Assembly: GCA_964035545.1 (NCBI GenBank)
Contig: OZ037766.1
Span: 8,794,722 to 8,858,721, forward strand
DNA: 64,000 bases
Source: Bugula neritina
Lineage: Eukaryota > Animalia > Bryozoa
Reading direction: 5' to 3'
The notes beneath the pieces are model-generated. The model was not told the origin of the DNA and did no database searches. It worked only from the letters and a program-made list of their open reading frames with translations. Below, piece by piece: positions 34,601 through 49,200 of this stretch. A program made the translations under genes and the position numbers. Each line of letters starts with the position of its first letter. Within the stretch, counting starts at the first letter, position 1.

Positions 34601-37347
34601 CGCTAATTGGCATTTATTATATTATGTTCTTTTACTCCATTTGTGTTTGAGAGTTGTCTCCACTATGGTGGTACAGCCTTTAATGCAGTTAAATCAATAG
34701 CTGAATTTTAAAAAATCATGTTTTGGCTTTTTATGTAAAATCTAAACTGTACTTCCAGGAGTTTAAGTAGTAATATGTTGAAATATTAATATTAATATTT
34801 CAATATATTTTGTAAAACAATTGCATTAACTTTGAAAAAAACACCGGCTTGAAATTATTTTTGTGGTTATGTTGTACTTTTACAGTTTGAGTTGTGTGAA
34901 TACCAGGTCAGCATAGATTTGTGTAATAGAAGCTAAAAAAAGATGCAAAAAATAGTTTCAAATTTATTTCCAAAATGTATCTGCCAAATAATTTTGCGAA
35001 TTTATTGAAACACAGAATATGTGTGCTATTACTTGAATATCTATATTTTTGTCTACTGGAAGACCCATTATATAGCATAGTTGGGATTTTACAAGACTGC
35101 CAAACTTTCAGAATTTTATGAGGCTGCTCTTGATAATTAGGTCAACATATTTACCATCATGGTGTACATAGCATTAAAAATAAGTAATATAGATTTTTAA
35201 GAATAGTGCAACATTGAACATAGTGTGTCTTTTTTCATTTAGCTGGAAAAATATAAAAGTATTTGTGGATCCCTCAAAGGTGAAAGTATCAATTGGAAGA
35301 AGCTGGGCCCAGCAAACAAAAGGTCTGTGTTTAACATACTTGCACCCACCTTTTCCTTAACTAATCTAATAATATTACTGTTGCAAGGCATGGATATATT
35401 TAACTGCTGTTTTCAAAATGGTGATTGGTGTAAGAAATTCTGATAATTCAGTCATCATTCAAAAGCTAAAGACTGAAGTATAGATCAGAAAGCCTAAATA
35501 TTCTAATAAAGGTGTTTTAGCTCCAGTCAGTTTATGATAAATGTAGTTTCACTGCATCATTCACATTGCGTTACACCAGAAGACAAAAACATACTTAAAG
35601 TAATGCTTTAGAAAACTATTTGTATTAGTTCCTCACATTCTGTTTCCACTTCTTATTGTTCAACTTGAGACAGCTGATATATGAAACTGAAATTACACAA
35701 ACTAAATTAAAATGCCACTCATCGTTTCATCACAAAAACTTTTGTGTGAAACTTAAAACCATGCTGCTTGTACTAAAAGTAAATTACTCGGCACATAGCA
35801 ACCACTTGCATTCTGTCTGATTTGACAGTGACAAAGCCAAGCTAAGGTTGTTATATTTGGATTCCTCTCAGCTGATTAGCTATGATTAAGCTTAAAACAA
35901 AACTTGGCTTATGCTTAATTGAAGTCACATGCCTATTATCAGAAATTCTTACACAAAGCTCTTCAATGGTGATGGTCACATAATATGTCCATAGACTTGT
36001 GCCAAAAAGCATTACATACATATTTGAGCAAATAGTCATATTGGCCAATGGGAATGCATAAATATCACTAATATTTTATCACATTATATTTTTATTTTGC
36101 TTTGTGTCAGTGTTGATTAAAATCTGATTTTAGCGTGCTATGAATTATGTTTTTTTTTCACACTCAAGTTTTATCTGGAACTGTATGAAACTATTATTAA
36201 TATATAATAGGGCTTTTCATGGAACCTTGAAATTTCTTTTTACTTATAGTTGTCTCTCCATGAATATAATTGCATTTCCATGTTTATATAATTTAGATAA
36301 GAACTGTTATATTGTGTTCTATAGAAACGTAGAAGTTGCCGATGAAGATAGTCTACCTGAATCCGTAAAGCAGTGTCTACGCCTGCTTACATCTGACGCC
36401 ATGTTCCTCATACTGTCAAACATGACTGGACTACGTCTGCATCCTCTTGCTGCCGACAGCAACTCTGACGACGAAACTGAATCATCTGAGCCTGAACCAA
36501 AGAAACCTAGATCTGAAGGAGACAACTCTGGTGAGCTTCGTGGAACCAACCTTTTCTGTCCTCTCGAATTGTTGCCTGTTTGGCTAACTATATAAACTTA
36601 TTGCTAATAGTTGTGGTCTTTATGGTTGGTGAAATAACTTTGTCAATATTTTGTAGATGAGTCTCCGTGTGGACAAGTTTCGTACCAAGTAAGGCGCTGG
36701 TCTCATGGTGCCTATACTTTGCTACACGACACAGATGTGGAACAAGGCAAAGACTTTGCTCTTGATGCTGTCATGTATTTCAACTGTGAAGGTTCAAAAC
36801 TTTTACTTGACTCAATAGCAGTAGTGTTGATTGTTATGTATGTTTGCTGTTTGTTCTTGTGCTGGCATTTTGTGAAAAATAAGTGTAGCTGTGTGCTAAA
36901 GAACAATTTTTCACAAAGTGTCTCCGAGATACACATGGTTTAAGTTTTATTTTAATTTTGCAGCGTTTTATCTTTGTTATAGAATGGGATGCTAGCCAAG
37001 GTGGTTTTACATCATACATAGCTAAAGGGGATGACGAAGAGGTTTGTACACATCCTTCACTATAAGAGTATTAAATTCTGGTTGTTTTTTGACTGTATTT
37101 CAATAATTGTAGTGGCAGTTCAGACATCTAATTTATATTTGGCTGGATTATGCATTGCATCATCTTCCTTTTGTGATTGTAGCTGTTGACACTGGAGCCT
37201 CGTGAGAATTGTCTCTCCCTGGTATACCGAGATGCTGACTCCCTCAGATTTGTTAAACATGTTAATCACAAAATCACAAACACTGCTCATCCTTATTTCT
37301 ACGACATTTGCTTGATATATACTGAAAGATCACCAGGGAATGACTAG
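31645..37347 (+). CDS. OGFOD1: Prolyl 3-hydroxylase OGFOD1 (Tpa1/Sudestada family), about 12 exons
   Basis: Exons approx. 31645-31762 (candidate ATG 31669), 32027-32177 (EPFVHC...[10 protein letters not shown]), 32391-32437, 32986-33082, 33252-33374 ([21 protein letters not shown], HxD iron ligands), 33917-34008 ([11 protein letters not shown]), 34201-34447 ([16 protein letters not shown]), 35242-35322 (GPANKR), 36324-36530, 36657-36791 ([13 protein letters not shown]), 36983-37041 (GGFTSYIA), 37182-37347 ([16 protein letters not shown]...*). Confidence 0.95.
33500..33688 (+). mobile_element. tRNA-derived SINE copy 2 (OGFOD1 intron), 5'-truncated
   Basis: B-box gggttcgaactcc followed by acattggtgatgttaggaagagcatccagtcataattgctc...; collinear with the copy at 51349. 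Confidence 0.8.
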
Positions 37348-38330
37348 TGCTTATATATGTGCGATGGCATCTTACCCTCACCAACTTGTAGTCTGTCTCT
37401 CTTACGCAATAATCTTACTAAGGTACGCTTTGTTAATTAACCTCTCTCACAGTAACTGTTAATAATATTAATTATCATTCAACCAATGGTAAGTAGAAAA
37501 TATGTTAAGTTGTTCTTAGCAAAAATCAGTGTACATGATGTTTCAATTTTAAAATGTAATTCCAATAATAATCGTTATTTGCTTAATTACAGTGTCAATT
37601 GTTAATTGTTAGTTGGTAATGGAGTAATTTTAAAGCTACATAATTGTTATAGTTGGTTATATACAGTTTGAATTGATTATTAATTATATAGTTTGATTTT
37701 TACAGAATATAAACATGATCACTAAATAATTTTGATGTTGTGTTTTTGAAAGCGCTCTAAGTTTTTTCATATTATCAATTTGTTGATTTCTTTTTCATCT
37801 GTAAATATATACTGTTTTATGAGCCATCTCCATTGCAGGTTTTATATGGAGCAGTTTTTAATAACAATTTGTTCTGTGTTCATCAGACAAATGACTTTTT
37901 AATCATGTATGAACATTTAGGTTATATTCACTTTGTATAGTTTGTATAATAAATATACCATATTGTAAGTGTACAATTGTTTAGCATGTTATTGATTGCT
38001 TTTAGTTATCAATTCTATAATGTATTACATGAGCTATTAGCTAAAGTAAATGATTCCATTTCCTTTCAACTCTTTATTCGGCTAAATAATTAAAATACAA
38101 AGACATTGTCTGAAGCAAACTGAGGTTTATTTAGTGACAAGCTTTCAAGTATAACCTTGCAACTGATGTAGAATGTATTCAAAACATTCACTATCAACTA
38201 GGGTAATTACTTGGTCTACAGTAGTTCTAAAGTGTTGAATATACTCGATAATTTGCAGTAGCTAAACGATTTTAATTTTAAACTAATTAAATAGAAGGGT
38301 TCAACTAGACCTGGATTTATTAATATCACC

Positions 38331-38456
38331 AGAAGCAGCACCGAGTTGAGGGTGGCTGGGTACAGTATTTGTATACACAAGACTGTCCAAACTGGGAACT
38401 CTTCCCAACCAATGCCCTCATTTACCACTGACTCGGTGCTGCTTCAAGCGATTTTC
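38331..38456. mobile_element. Small MITE copy 2 (left TIR truncated)
   Basis: gaagcagcaccgagt ... actcggtgctgcttcaagcgatttt: perfect 15-bp inverted repeat, same family as 30177-30313. Confidence 0.7.
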
Positions 38457-38746
38457 TAATTTCATGGTTTCTAGCCTGGGAGTAATTATCTAACAATAAT
38501 ATATACAGAATAGAAATGATGGGTCATTTTTGTTATCTACAACATGAACTATGCGTAAAACATATTGGTTCATTTGAATAACCGAAATACATAGTGAATA
38601 GAAAAATAATCGAAAGTGGCTGTGCATAGTTAAAAACACAAGATGAATGCAACTTTACTTCTTAACAAACTAGATCAGCCGGGCTTGCTGTTGACACTGT
38701 AGGTAAAATGTTAGATTCAGATTTGGCACTTATCAGTGGAGTAGCT

Positions 38747-41624
38747 TCAAGTCTTTTCTGGCCCTGGCTTTCTACTGCATCAGATGGAGGTACTAAAAGT
38801 AGCACAGTAGATAAGCATTTAAAACTGTATTTTCACAACAATCATGATAGCTGGTTACTTCACACACTATCAAGTTCTTCAGCAACTACAGGCAGATCTG
38901 TAAGCTAGATCATCTCCAAAAGTTAACTTCTCATGAAATTGCTGCACGGTATTTATAAAAGAATATCAATTGGGATACTATATATAATTCTGTATCATAG
39001 CTCTTTGCAAGCATATAAAATGAACATAGAAATGTTTTGGGTCAAACTAAAGTTAAAGATAATCCAAGTTCCAACTGACACTCAAGAACTCACCGGAAGT
39101 TTGTGGTCTCTGGACGGCCCAGCTCAAGCAGCCGGCTACAGATTCTCTCAACTGGGAGGGGCCAACGGATTTAGCTCTTTGTATCTTCTGATAATTAGCT
39201 GAATTGTAACAAATGGTGTTGATCTGCTTCGCTTCATCTTTTCTAGGGTCAGGCGTGCAGTGGATTTTTCGATATGTAGTTGTAAAATGGCTCTTCGTGT
39301 CTGTAGGATATCCATCACTGAACACTTCCTGGGAGATTTTCGCGTCTAATTTATATCGGATTCTTGGTGCTTGGCTAGCTATGTTGTTTGCATAAAGTTG
39401 GTGATGGGCATGCGCGGTTGGTGCACCTACACCATGGTGAAAGTTTTCTCTGTATACAGAAGTTAAAGGTTGTTTTTTATCAATTAATTCAGCTTTGTGC
39501 GGCATCCAGGCAATAAACTCTGGTTTGTAATTAATAGTTGCGCTATGCACTTGCCTTCTCCCATTTCCCTATAAAGATAAGACAATTCATTGAAAATAGA
39601 AGGTATAGTAATTACTTTTTCTAATTTCATGGTGATATAAGCATTTAATACATGATAACATATATCTATATTGGTTACTATAATATTTATCACAGATAAA
39701 CGTTGTCATGCTTGCTTCACATTATATCGGTTTTTAGTGACAAAATATAACATATGATAGTTAATAAACTAATATAAAGTAAAGTTCTAGTAAACTTATT
39801 ATCAATTATTTGCCTTAGTATAGATTATTTTATGTCAAGTATACCACATGCATTATACAGTAATGCAGAATTATGTTTCATTTATATAATTATTATATAA
39901 TATGTAATATGCAAACACCAATCAGCACCACGCTGTGTTTAGTTTACATTTAATATTCGCTATTAATCAACACTTGAATTATAGATACAAAATATTAAAT
40001 AAGACGCAATAATTCTTTTCAAACCTGTTCTCCAACTGTGCATTTATTCTTATATAATTTTATACTACAAACATGCATGTCAATTGTTTTTTATGGAGTT
40101 GCTGTATACTCACATCCACAAAGTATAGCGCATTATCTTTGTATCGCTCTCTGTTGTCATGCTTTGAAAAGGCATGCTTTCGTACCGGAGCCTAGACAAT
40201 TAAAAAATAAATTTGAGCCTATAATATTCAATCAATATAGGTACAGATGATCAATAAAAGTATTTATTAGATTTACGCCAGCTCAAAATGTTCTCAGTGA
40301 CCTGATTGAGGAGGTTATACTGTATCTTTATACTGTGTAACCAAAGCAGTCATTGATGTGGTAACTATAGACAACAATTCACCAATAAAATATATTTTAT
40401 TTGTTCAATAATATCCCTATCAATAAAAATTCAATATCCAATAACAAAGATGAGTCTTTTGAATTGGGTCATTTTACTTAATTTAGTACACACTGGAAAT
40501 CTCCAGTTTTTAGCTATTTTTTACAATTTAGCTGCTAATGAACATGGTTTTTTGCCCAAAACTGGTAAAGTATATTTTATAGTATGCATTAAACTACCAT
40601 TCAGCTTTGTGTTTAAAATTTCTATATGTTTTAGTGTTCAAAGTTATGTATATAATTATATGCTGTGAAATAAAATGTTATATAACAAGCGACATATTCA
40701 TGATTATCAAAATCTAGTGTCTGAAGCAACAGTGTTTATAACTTTAAAGCAGTTGGATGTAGTGTTTTTCTTATATAATTATGTAGTATAGTCCTTAATT
40801 CTTAAGTTCATACTGTATAAAACATGCTATTTTATATATATACATACCTATGTATACAGACATATATACATTATATGTAACATAATGTTACAAGTTTAAA
40901 TAAGTTACAAAGCTTTGATTGCATAAATTTCATACCGTAGATCTCTCTAGATACTTTTGTGGAGGTTGAGGCTTAGCTCTCTGTCTGTATTCATTCATGA
41001 AATCATTTCGAATACGACTTCTATAGTGGCCATAATAACCAGAATTGTGCTACAATGGAATTTCCAATTAAACTATTAAAACAGAGTTGCGTCAAATTGA
41101 CAGGTGGAAAGAGGTGAAAAACTAAATTGAAATATTAGTGGTCATTGAATCATGGAAGCATGAATGTCTGCAACAGTATTTTTCTGTTGTCGAAAAGCTG
41201 TGCTCGAGATTAATAGATCAAGGATCATAGCTGCTGTTAGAATTAGTATAAGCAAAGTGTAAATACTGATGTATGAGTGGAATTAGTATGGTTCTTTCTG
41301 CATTCAATACCAGAAGACTCTGGTGTAACCAATATAAGTATTGATAATATACTACATACTAGAATATTCTATTCATAAAATATAGCAAGTTATTTTTTAA
41401 TAGAAACTTTTTTGAGAGTGGATTTGTTATTTTATGCATGTAACTATATAACTGATCTAAGAGAACAGTTCTTTTGTAGTGAAAAGGAATATCAATGTGG
41501 CACCACATCCATGGTATTCAGCTGATGTGTCGTAATAACAATATTATAGATAGTTATGGTATATAATGAAATATACTCAACTTACCCATGAGCCCACAAC
41601 ATTTGTTGAGGAAGCTACAACCAT
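38747..41624 (-). CDS. C3orf84/CIMIP7-like HDNR-motif protein (ciliary microtubule inner protein family)
   Basis: Exons 41624-41586 (MVVASSTNVVGSW), ~41049-40936 (HNSGYYGHYRS...AKPQPPQKYLER), ~40190-40113 (KHAFSKHDNRE), ~39568-39094 (GNGRR...FIAWMP...TTTYR...ESVAGCLSW), tentative last exon 38792-38747. Matches the recalled human C3orf84 motifs VGSWHNNGFYGHYRS, AKPQPP, FSKHDNR and VSECLNW. The 3' exon is uncertain. Confidence 0.85.
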
Positions 41625-43215
41625 GATTATTTTCTTGGGTTTTTCGAAATTATATGCAGTGATTTGCTTAAAAAAATAAAATGTTAGTTAATAAATTATG
41701 TAAAAAGTATTCAGCATTAAACTTCTATATCACAGGAATTTGCATTATGTTCCATACTAGACTTTGTTGAGTGTTGCGTCTTGCAAATGTAGTGTAGTAA
41801 ATTTGTAGTCTGGTTATTTTATTCAACTCTGATAACATGAAAAAGTTCATTAGTTACTTGATATTCTAGAGTTTGCATTTCAATTAGTTCAGGATCACAG
41901 GCTTCACATTGTTTGCTATATAATAGAATGTTAGTTATATCCGTTGCTATTGACACCCAATACACGTAATATACAATACACTGCATGCCTCAATAGAACC
42001 AGCTACCCATATTTATTTATGATATGAGAAATAAGGGAAGCTGTATTAGCAGCAGTAGTTCAATGCACTTGAAAAAACACACCAACAGTTAATCTATCGG
42101 CTCTATTGACATTTTCAAGTAGTATTGCAAATAGCTCTTTTGTGAATGCCACATAACTTATTGGATATTCAAGGCAAGCTATAGTTCACAAAATTCTATT
42201 GATTTTATGTGTTTGTGTCTCAGTATACTACATTATATATAGCATCGAGTTCATTAGTGCTATTGACCAACTATCCAGCACGATTCTTTTTACTAAGGGA
42301 GCATAACTCATAAGTTAGTATAACTAAAATTTTGGAAATCAAAGGCAGTGGTCATGGTGTGGGGTCTAGTGGTTACAATGATGTGTGTGTGTGCTGTGTG
42401 CTCATGTCATGCTTTATGTTAAGAATCCTGGTAGAGCTATTAGTGATTTTATAATCGTCGCAGTGCTACTAAGACACCATTTTTAGCTTACTTAAAAGAC
42501 TATAATTCTTAACCTCTGCGACTGTTGCAAGTCACAGGGATGAAGAATTCAAACAATTGTGTTTCATAAGCAAGTTTCGAACTACGAACATGAATAATAT
42601 TTATTATTGCAAATAATTTTATTTAAAATTTTAATGATCATAGTGTAAAATGTTATGCAGATATTAAAACATTGATTTAACTTCTTCAATTTCGTTGCCA
42701 ATTTCTGTATGCAATTTTTCGCCTATCACATCAAAAGAAATTTTAGAAGAGTTGATTGGACATAAAATTTGGCTTGAATTAAAGGCCCAGAAAACTAGAG
42801 ATCATAAAGGATGAGCAGCAAAAGAATGAGTATTACAAAATGCAAGAGCAGCAAAGCACTTGCAGCTATTGTTACAAGTAGAGTGGACGGTTTAAAATTT
42901 CTCACTAAATAGCAGTCAACGTTTCAAATTAAAAACACTAAAAATACAGAACATAAAGCATTCACATATAAAATTATTTTACTTATAGATATGTGGCCTG
43001 AACATAAATTTATACAGTATCCCTAAAATATAGCATAAAAACTATTCTCAAAATAAATAATTTATTAATTTTTAAAGTAAACTATAATTTATAATTTAAA
43101 ATGCATGTACATTAAGTAAGGCTTTTGAGTTGAAAAATATCACTGAAGTTGGACAGAAAATTAAATAAGAAAGCTATGCAGGCTATTATAGACCGGTTAG
43201 ATTGCAGCAGCTAGA

Positions 43216-46200
43216 TTATGCTTGGTTCACATCTTCAAGAGCTTCAAGCAGATTATAAAAAAACCTGAAACAAACATAGTCACGTTATAATCTAGGTAAT
43301 ATTGCCAACTAAAAATGTCTAACTACTTTTTATGCTATATACAACTTGAAATAAGCATTCTTTTTCAAATGTAAACAAATATTTACTGATTAAATAACAT
43401 TTCTTTAGCTGATATTTGCTACCCATAAACAAATAAAGACAAGAATAGGATAAAAGAAGGTGCAGCAAAGAGTATGGGCAACAGGAAAACCTATAGAATT
43501 ATTGTGAGTGGTCAGCAATAAATCTGTAAATTTCTCAATTCAAAGCTGAAGTCACAAAACGTGCCACGTTCAGTTTAACATAAATCTAACTTTTGTGTTG
43601 CATTCCTTCTCTGAAAACTAGAAGGAAAACATACTTTTACCATGTAACAGCTCATGGTAGCTCTTGAAAATATGTTCACAAATGAAAAAGTTTGATCTAT
43701 TGGTGTGAAGACATATTTCATTTATTGAATCATTACTGTGCGCAGATGCATTAGTATAAAAACAGTGTTACAGTGGCATAGATTATATAATTTACAACAA
43801 AAAGTATTTATATTTTAGCTTTAGGTTCTCTCCAACAGCAGCTAAGGTGTCGAGTAATAAATATCTATAATATGCCCTCAACTACTTTAAAAACTTATCC
43901 AGGGTTTCTTTCTAATGACTTTTTACAACTAAACTCCAAAACTAGTTTACTGTTTGATAGTATTAGAAAATTATTGTAAAAAATTCGTCATAACAATTAG
44001 CGACCCACAAAGTACTGAAAAAATGAAATACTCACCCAAAGACACTCATTTTTTCCACATGTTTTATTTCAGTTAAGCTGTTGGCACTGGCGGGGATATC
44101 TTCAAAACTGGAACCTCTCGTTTGCCCTTCTAAAGTCTTATGCATCAGTGAGCTGATTAGTCTCAGTAATATGTCACACTCCAATTCCTCTTGAATAGGC
44201 TGTAGTTGTACTAAGAACTTCATTAAGTACATTATGGTGGTCCTGCAGCCCTGGCAACGACAGAAGTAAATGTTGTAGCAGTGTGACAGTTTAAACAACC
44301 AAAGAAAATATCAGATTAGAACATTCTGAAAATTTAGTACATTTTAAGAAAATTCATTAGGTGATTATTTTGAAATGCTGGAACTTTAAAAGCATTATAT
44401 TTGATATCACATGCAAAAAAAACATTTTATATTTACTTTGTCCATTTTTTCAAGAGCTGTATGTGGATCTTCAACATGGTCAAACATCGGCTCTTCATAC
44501 TGAGCTCGAAGAACAGGATCCTGAAATTAGTAAGAAATGACAGGGAACTAGAAAAAATTACAAAAATCAACTTGAAGACTAGCCCACTTATGATAAAAAT
44601 GAGGACATTAAGAGCATACCACTATGATCAGGATGGGAAAGAAATGTGCAGAAGGTCTAATCAATATTGGAAATACACAAATGACGTTGAGGGGCTTTAA
44701 AATAAATAAAACAGACAGCAAGGTAAGAGTTCACTGAGTGAATAGGGTGTCAGACTGAGTGAATAGGGTGTCAGACTAAGTGAATAGGGTGTCAGACTGA
44801 GTGAATAGGGTGTCAGACTGAGTGAATAGGGTGTCAGACTGAGTGAATAGGGTGTCAGACTGAGTGAATAGGGTGTCAGACTGAGTGAATAGGGTGTCAG
44901 ACTGAGTGAATAGGGTGTCAGACTGAGAACCAGTATCTTTAAGGACAGAAACAGCTACAACGTCAAATATTAAGATATAAGCTTCATTAGCCAAGCTGTG
45001 CGTGTACACGTGCATGTGTGTGTATTGAATGAAAATACATATAGATCATCTCTCAATACAATACTCATACCTTAAGTTGATTTAGCCAGTTCCAAAGAAG
45101 CTGAGATAACACATAAGGATTATTTTCTTGACGCAAATCATCCCAAGCCACATCCTCTTCATTCAATTTCTTTTCATAGTTGGTTACAAGTTGACTATCT
45201 TGAGGAGACAACTTCTCGTTTGCCAGTGCCTGGCAGATATGGTTCACTTCCTCTAATACTTCACCTGCAAGGTGACACAACTCTGCCATATATCTTAAAC
45301 ATACAATATATAATATACAATACTGCTTATGTTGATATATTTAATGTCCTTTAGATTAACACAACTTACATTCTATCATTCATCAGCTGAGTCTAGACTG
45401 AATTTATCAGTTGCCTCAATTACAAATTTATGATGAAGAATACTGCTACAGCCATTGTTTTTGGTTTAATATTTCACATAAAATCAACTTGGTTTTTACA
45501 AAATAAAATAATTCAACTAAAGCCATACAAGTTCCTAACAATTATCAATAAAGCATCTTCAATGTTTCTCAAACAAACCTTGTCCATGAATGCCATTTAT
45601 ACTATGCCTATGAGTTTTAGGGCCATCTGGCACCTCGTCTAAAGATAGTCCATCTAAAGAGGGGTCAGAAGACACCCCATCATTTGTATCCTGAATAGTC
45701 CGAGAAATACGCAGAGCACTAGGGGCTGTCTCCAGTTCTACTGCTACAGACTTATCTGTAGGGATGTGGAGTAATTCCTTCTTCTTAGCTAGTTGTAGCA
45801 GCCGTTCACATATGACGTATATAATCTGAAGCAAAATGAGAACAACAGCTGTCGTGTGTCAAGGTCAAACACATGCGCATATAATCGCTATTATTAGGTA
45901 ACTGACTTTACTTACTGCCCCCTTAGCAAGGTTGTTGGCCAACTATACAATTATACACAGATCACTGTGACAGGTCATTGCAGCATAATCTTAAACAAGG
46001 TTGAATCAATGCTGAGAGCAAAGCAAAGCCAAATCAAATGGCCACTGAGCAACATCAAACAGTCTATAATATAGCCAAAGGTCAGGAAAACACATGTTTA
46101 GTCTTGTCCTGCTTTGGGAGATTCTAAATGCGGCAACGCAGAGTGAGTTACACTTGATGCAAATAATCAGTAGAGTGTTAACTGTAATAGTAATGGTTTG

Positions 46201-49200
46201 TACTGGTCTACTCTAGCTTTTATATTTTCAACAACATGAGTGAATAAAACTACTGCTACAAACTGCAGTAACCCCAGAGCTACTCTTATTGATTCAAGCA
46301 CAGATATTCCATAGAAACTTCTTCCCACTCATTTCCTAATAACGTTAATTTTATCAGTTTGAAAATCATAAAATTGATTTAATAACTTAATTATAAATTG
46401 TTATCAATCATGTGATCATTTGACTAACCTTTGGTAAAAACTTGAGCTTTCTAGCTTGAAAACCGTGGAGAATACCTTTTTGCCTCGACAAAAACTGTGT
46501 AAGATTGAAAGCTGGACAATCAGCACTGAAGGAAGAAACGTAAAATTGGTATAATGAATGGTAACAAATTATTAGTATAACTGCAGATATTCAAAAACAA
46601 TAATTGCTATTCAGTTACTGTCAAAATGTTACAATGTCAACTACAGCAGCACAAGAGTGCATAAGCAAAAACGAGAAATATTTATCGCCCTTACACACTA
46701 TACAGCATATACTCACTGTGTATGAAACACTACCCTGTACGGTCTGAGAAACCTCTCAAAATCCTGCACACACTTGACCTGAGGTGCTGTCTGCACTGAC
46801 CCAGGTCTTCTGGACCGAACGTAATGGACAGCTTCATTGGCTGTCACTCGATTTTGGAAAACCAAGAAGCATCCAATCAAAACGCCAGTTCTACCTAAAA
46901 CAGTTCAACCACTATAGTAATAATTCAGCATTTACACACAAGAATTAAACTTATTGTTGCATAACAAATACTGCATATAAACTGCCAGTGTAACTGACTT
47001 ATACCAAGATGCAATTAGAACAGTAAGTTGCTTCATAAAATTTTACTCCATTAAATTAGTCCTTATTCAACAACCATAACACCACTGTAAGAAAATAACA
47101 GCACTATGTTTAAAATAAAACATTACATGATCTAAATTCATAACATGCAATCATAATAAGCTAGTGCGTGCTGAAATTTTACCAGTAGTCTTACTAGCAT
47201 TTCAAGTACTTCTCTGATTTAAAGTATTTGAATTTACATAAAATAATTACTATCAGAGTACAAATTAATAATAAATATTGTTGAATATAGTTATAAAGCA
47301 CTTGAAAACTGTCGATAAACACCATATAATTTTGTGAAATTTGAAAATTAAAAATTTAAGAAAGTACAATTTTGTCAGATAAAATAAATGAAAAGACTGG
47401 TTTGAAGACTGACTGCTGATTTAGGCCAAGTAGTCAAATACAAAATACAAGTTCACATTGAGTCTATAAACTGCAAGTGTCTTTTCAGCAGACTGGCAGT
47501 GAAGGAGGTTAGAGACTCTCATTGATGTTACAGAATGTCATCCTCTAACTCGTGAGTTAATCCACTAAGTCAAGAGTGTTGGTTTATAATTATTAAAATA
47601 ATATATTAGTTTAAAACTGAAAATATCTCCACCTTTTCCAGCGTGACAGTGAATGGCCACTTTTCCCTCAGTCACTGCAAACTGCATCACTTTCACCATG
47701 TCCAACATTTCAGTCATCGACTCCACCACACCGAAATCATCCCTAAAATCAAACACTTTTGAAATACTTAAAAAACTAGAGCAAAATTTCCTTTCAACAT
47801 ATTTAAAAAATGTAACCTATAAAAGGGTGATGAAAAACATTTCACAAACTACAGGAAACACCTCCTTTGAAGTATAATCAAGAATCTAATGATTGTTTTA
47901 CCATCCAAAGTTGTAGAAGAATATTCCAGCATCCATGAAATCCTGTTGCCTGTATGAGAACTCATTATTGTGCAAGCCATCACCACAACTGTAGTGTTCA
48001 CCGGGTAGCTGCAGGTTAATGATGGCAGTAAGACCCAACCTGAGGTATAGAATCACTTTACAAGCATTGCATATAGACATGTTAAATGCTGCCTATATTA
48101 TAGACTTCTCATTCCTTATCATCACATTAGGGAATGTAGATTAACACGTTTGGTCATGTTTTTAGTTTGAAAGTAATACATAATAGTAACTGCTATGAGG
48201 ATTATAGATTACTAGGATGCTACGCATGTACTTATGACTTACAGTATTGACACACAAGTAAAAACAGCTTCTTATATGAAATGAATTAATATCAAAGCAA
48301 ATGTTAATGGAGTGAAATTGTTTCCATGTGTAATCATTGGTTCACATGCTGATGAAAATATTAATGGAATGAAGAAAAAAAACTGTTATGAAATGTCTTT
48401 GCACTAGAACTTGTATTTCTTAGTCAAGCATTGTTGGTATCAGCAGCACACCTTTTAATATATTGGCAGGAGTTATTTGGCTGCTACCTAACTTTGTTTA
48501 GTTCAAAATCAAATCTTTGCTTGTTAATGCTATAAAATTCAAAGCATCTCTAATGCATAACACTCCTTTTGATCCAATCAACACAATACAATGAAAAATT
48601 AATTGCTTAATTGTTAAACTATTATATTGCAACTGTTCAATATTTATACTTGCTTACAATTACCCTAACTTTTGTTTGACTTGTGAAACTGTTTGACTAA
48701 CTATAAGTTTTATTCATATGACAAGTATGAACAACATTCAATAGAGTTAGTTCCTCAAATAACCATCTGACTTTTATCAATTCGCATCAGTTTAATAACT
48801 ACTTTTTTGTGAGAAAAATTAATCAAAAATCATACCAATGTTTAATGGGTGGTGAATGCAACAAGTAGCACCAGAATAAAATAGGTTACTTTCAAATAGA
48901 TGCCTACATATTTGTTTCAAGTCAAGTCAATCTAATGAGACCCAGCATAGTTGCACAAACTAAACTGTTCAAGCAGCTGATATGCTTATATTTATAACTA
49001 TCTGGTACACCAAAAAAAGTTTTATAGAAATAAATTGAGTTAGAAGGCTAAATTTTAATAATATATTACAATATATTTTAAAAGTTGCTAAGATTTTAAA
49101 CTTTATAGTAACATGAACAAACCTTTTAAACTGAGAAATAATATCAAATTTCTTTACATATTTGGTGATGGGACGAGACATGGCCAATATGTTTTCCGTT

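Noticed and set aside
42345-42440. tRNA-like head (ggtctagtggtta ... aagaatcctgg)
   Set aside because: Too degenerate and interrupted by (tg)n; at best an old SINE remnant.
44734-44927. CRISPR-like array or (QSDTLFT)n repeat protein
   Set aside because: Units are contiguous with no spacers, the context is eukaryotic, and the PTPDC1 exons splice around it.
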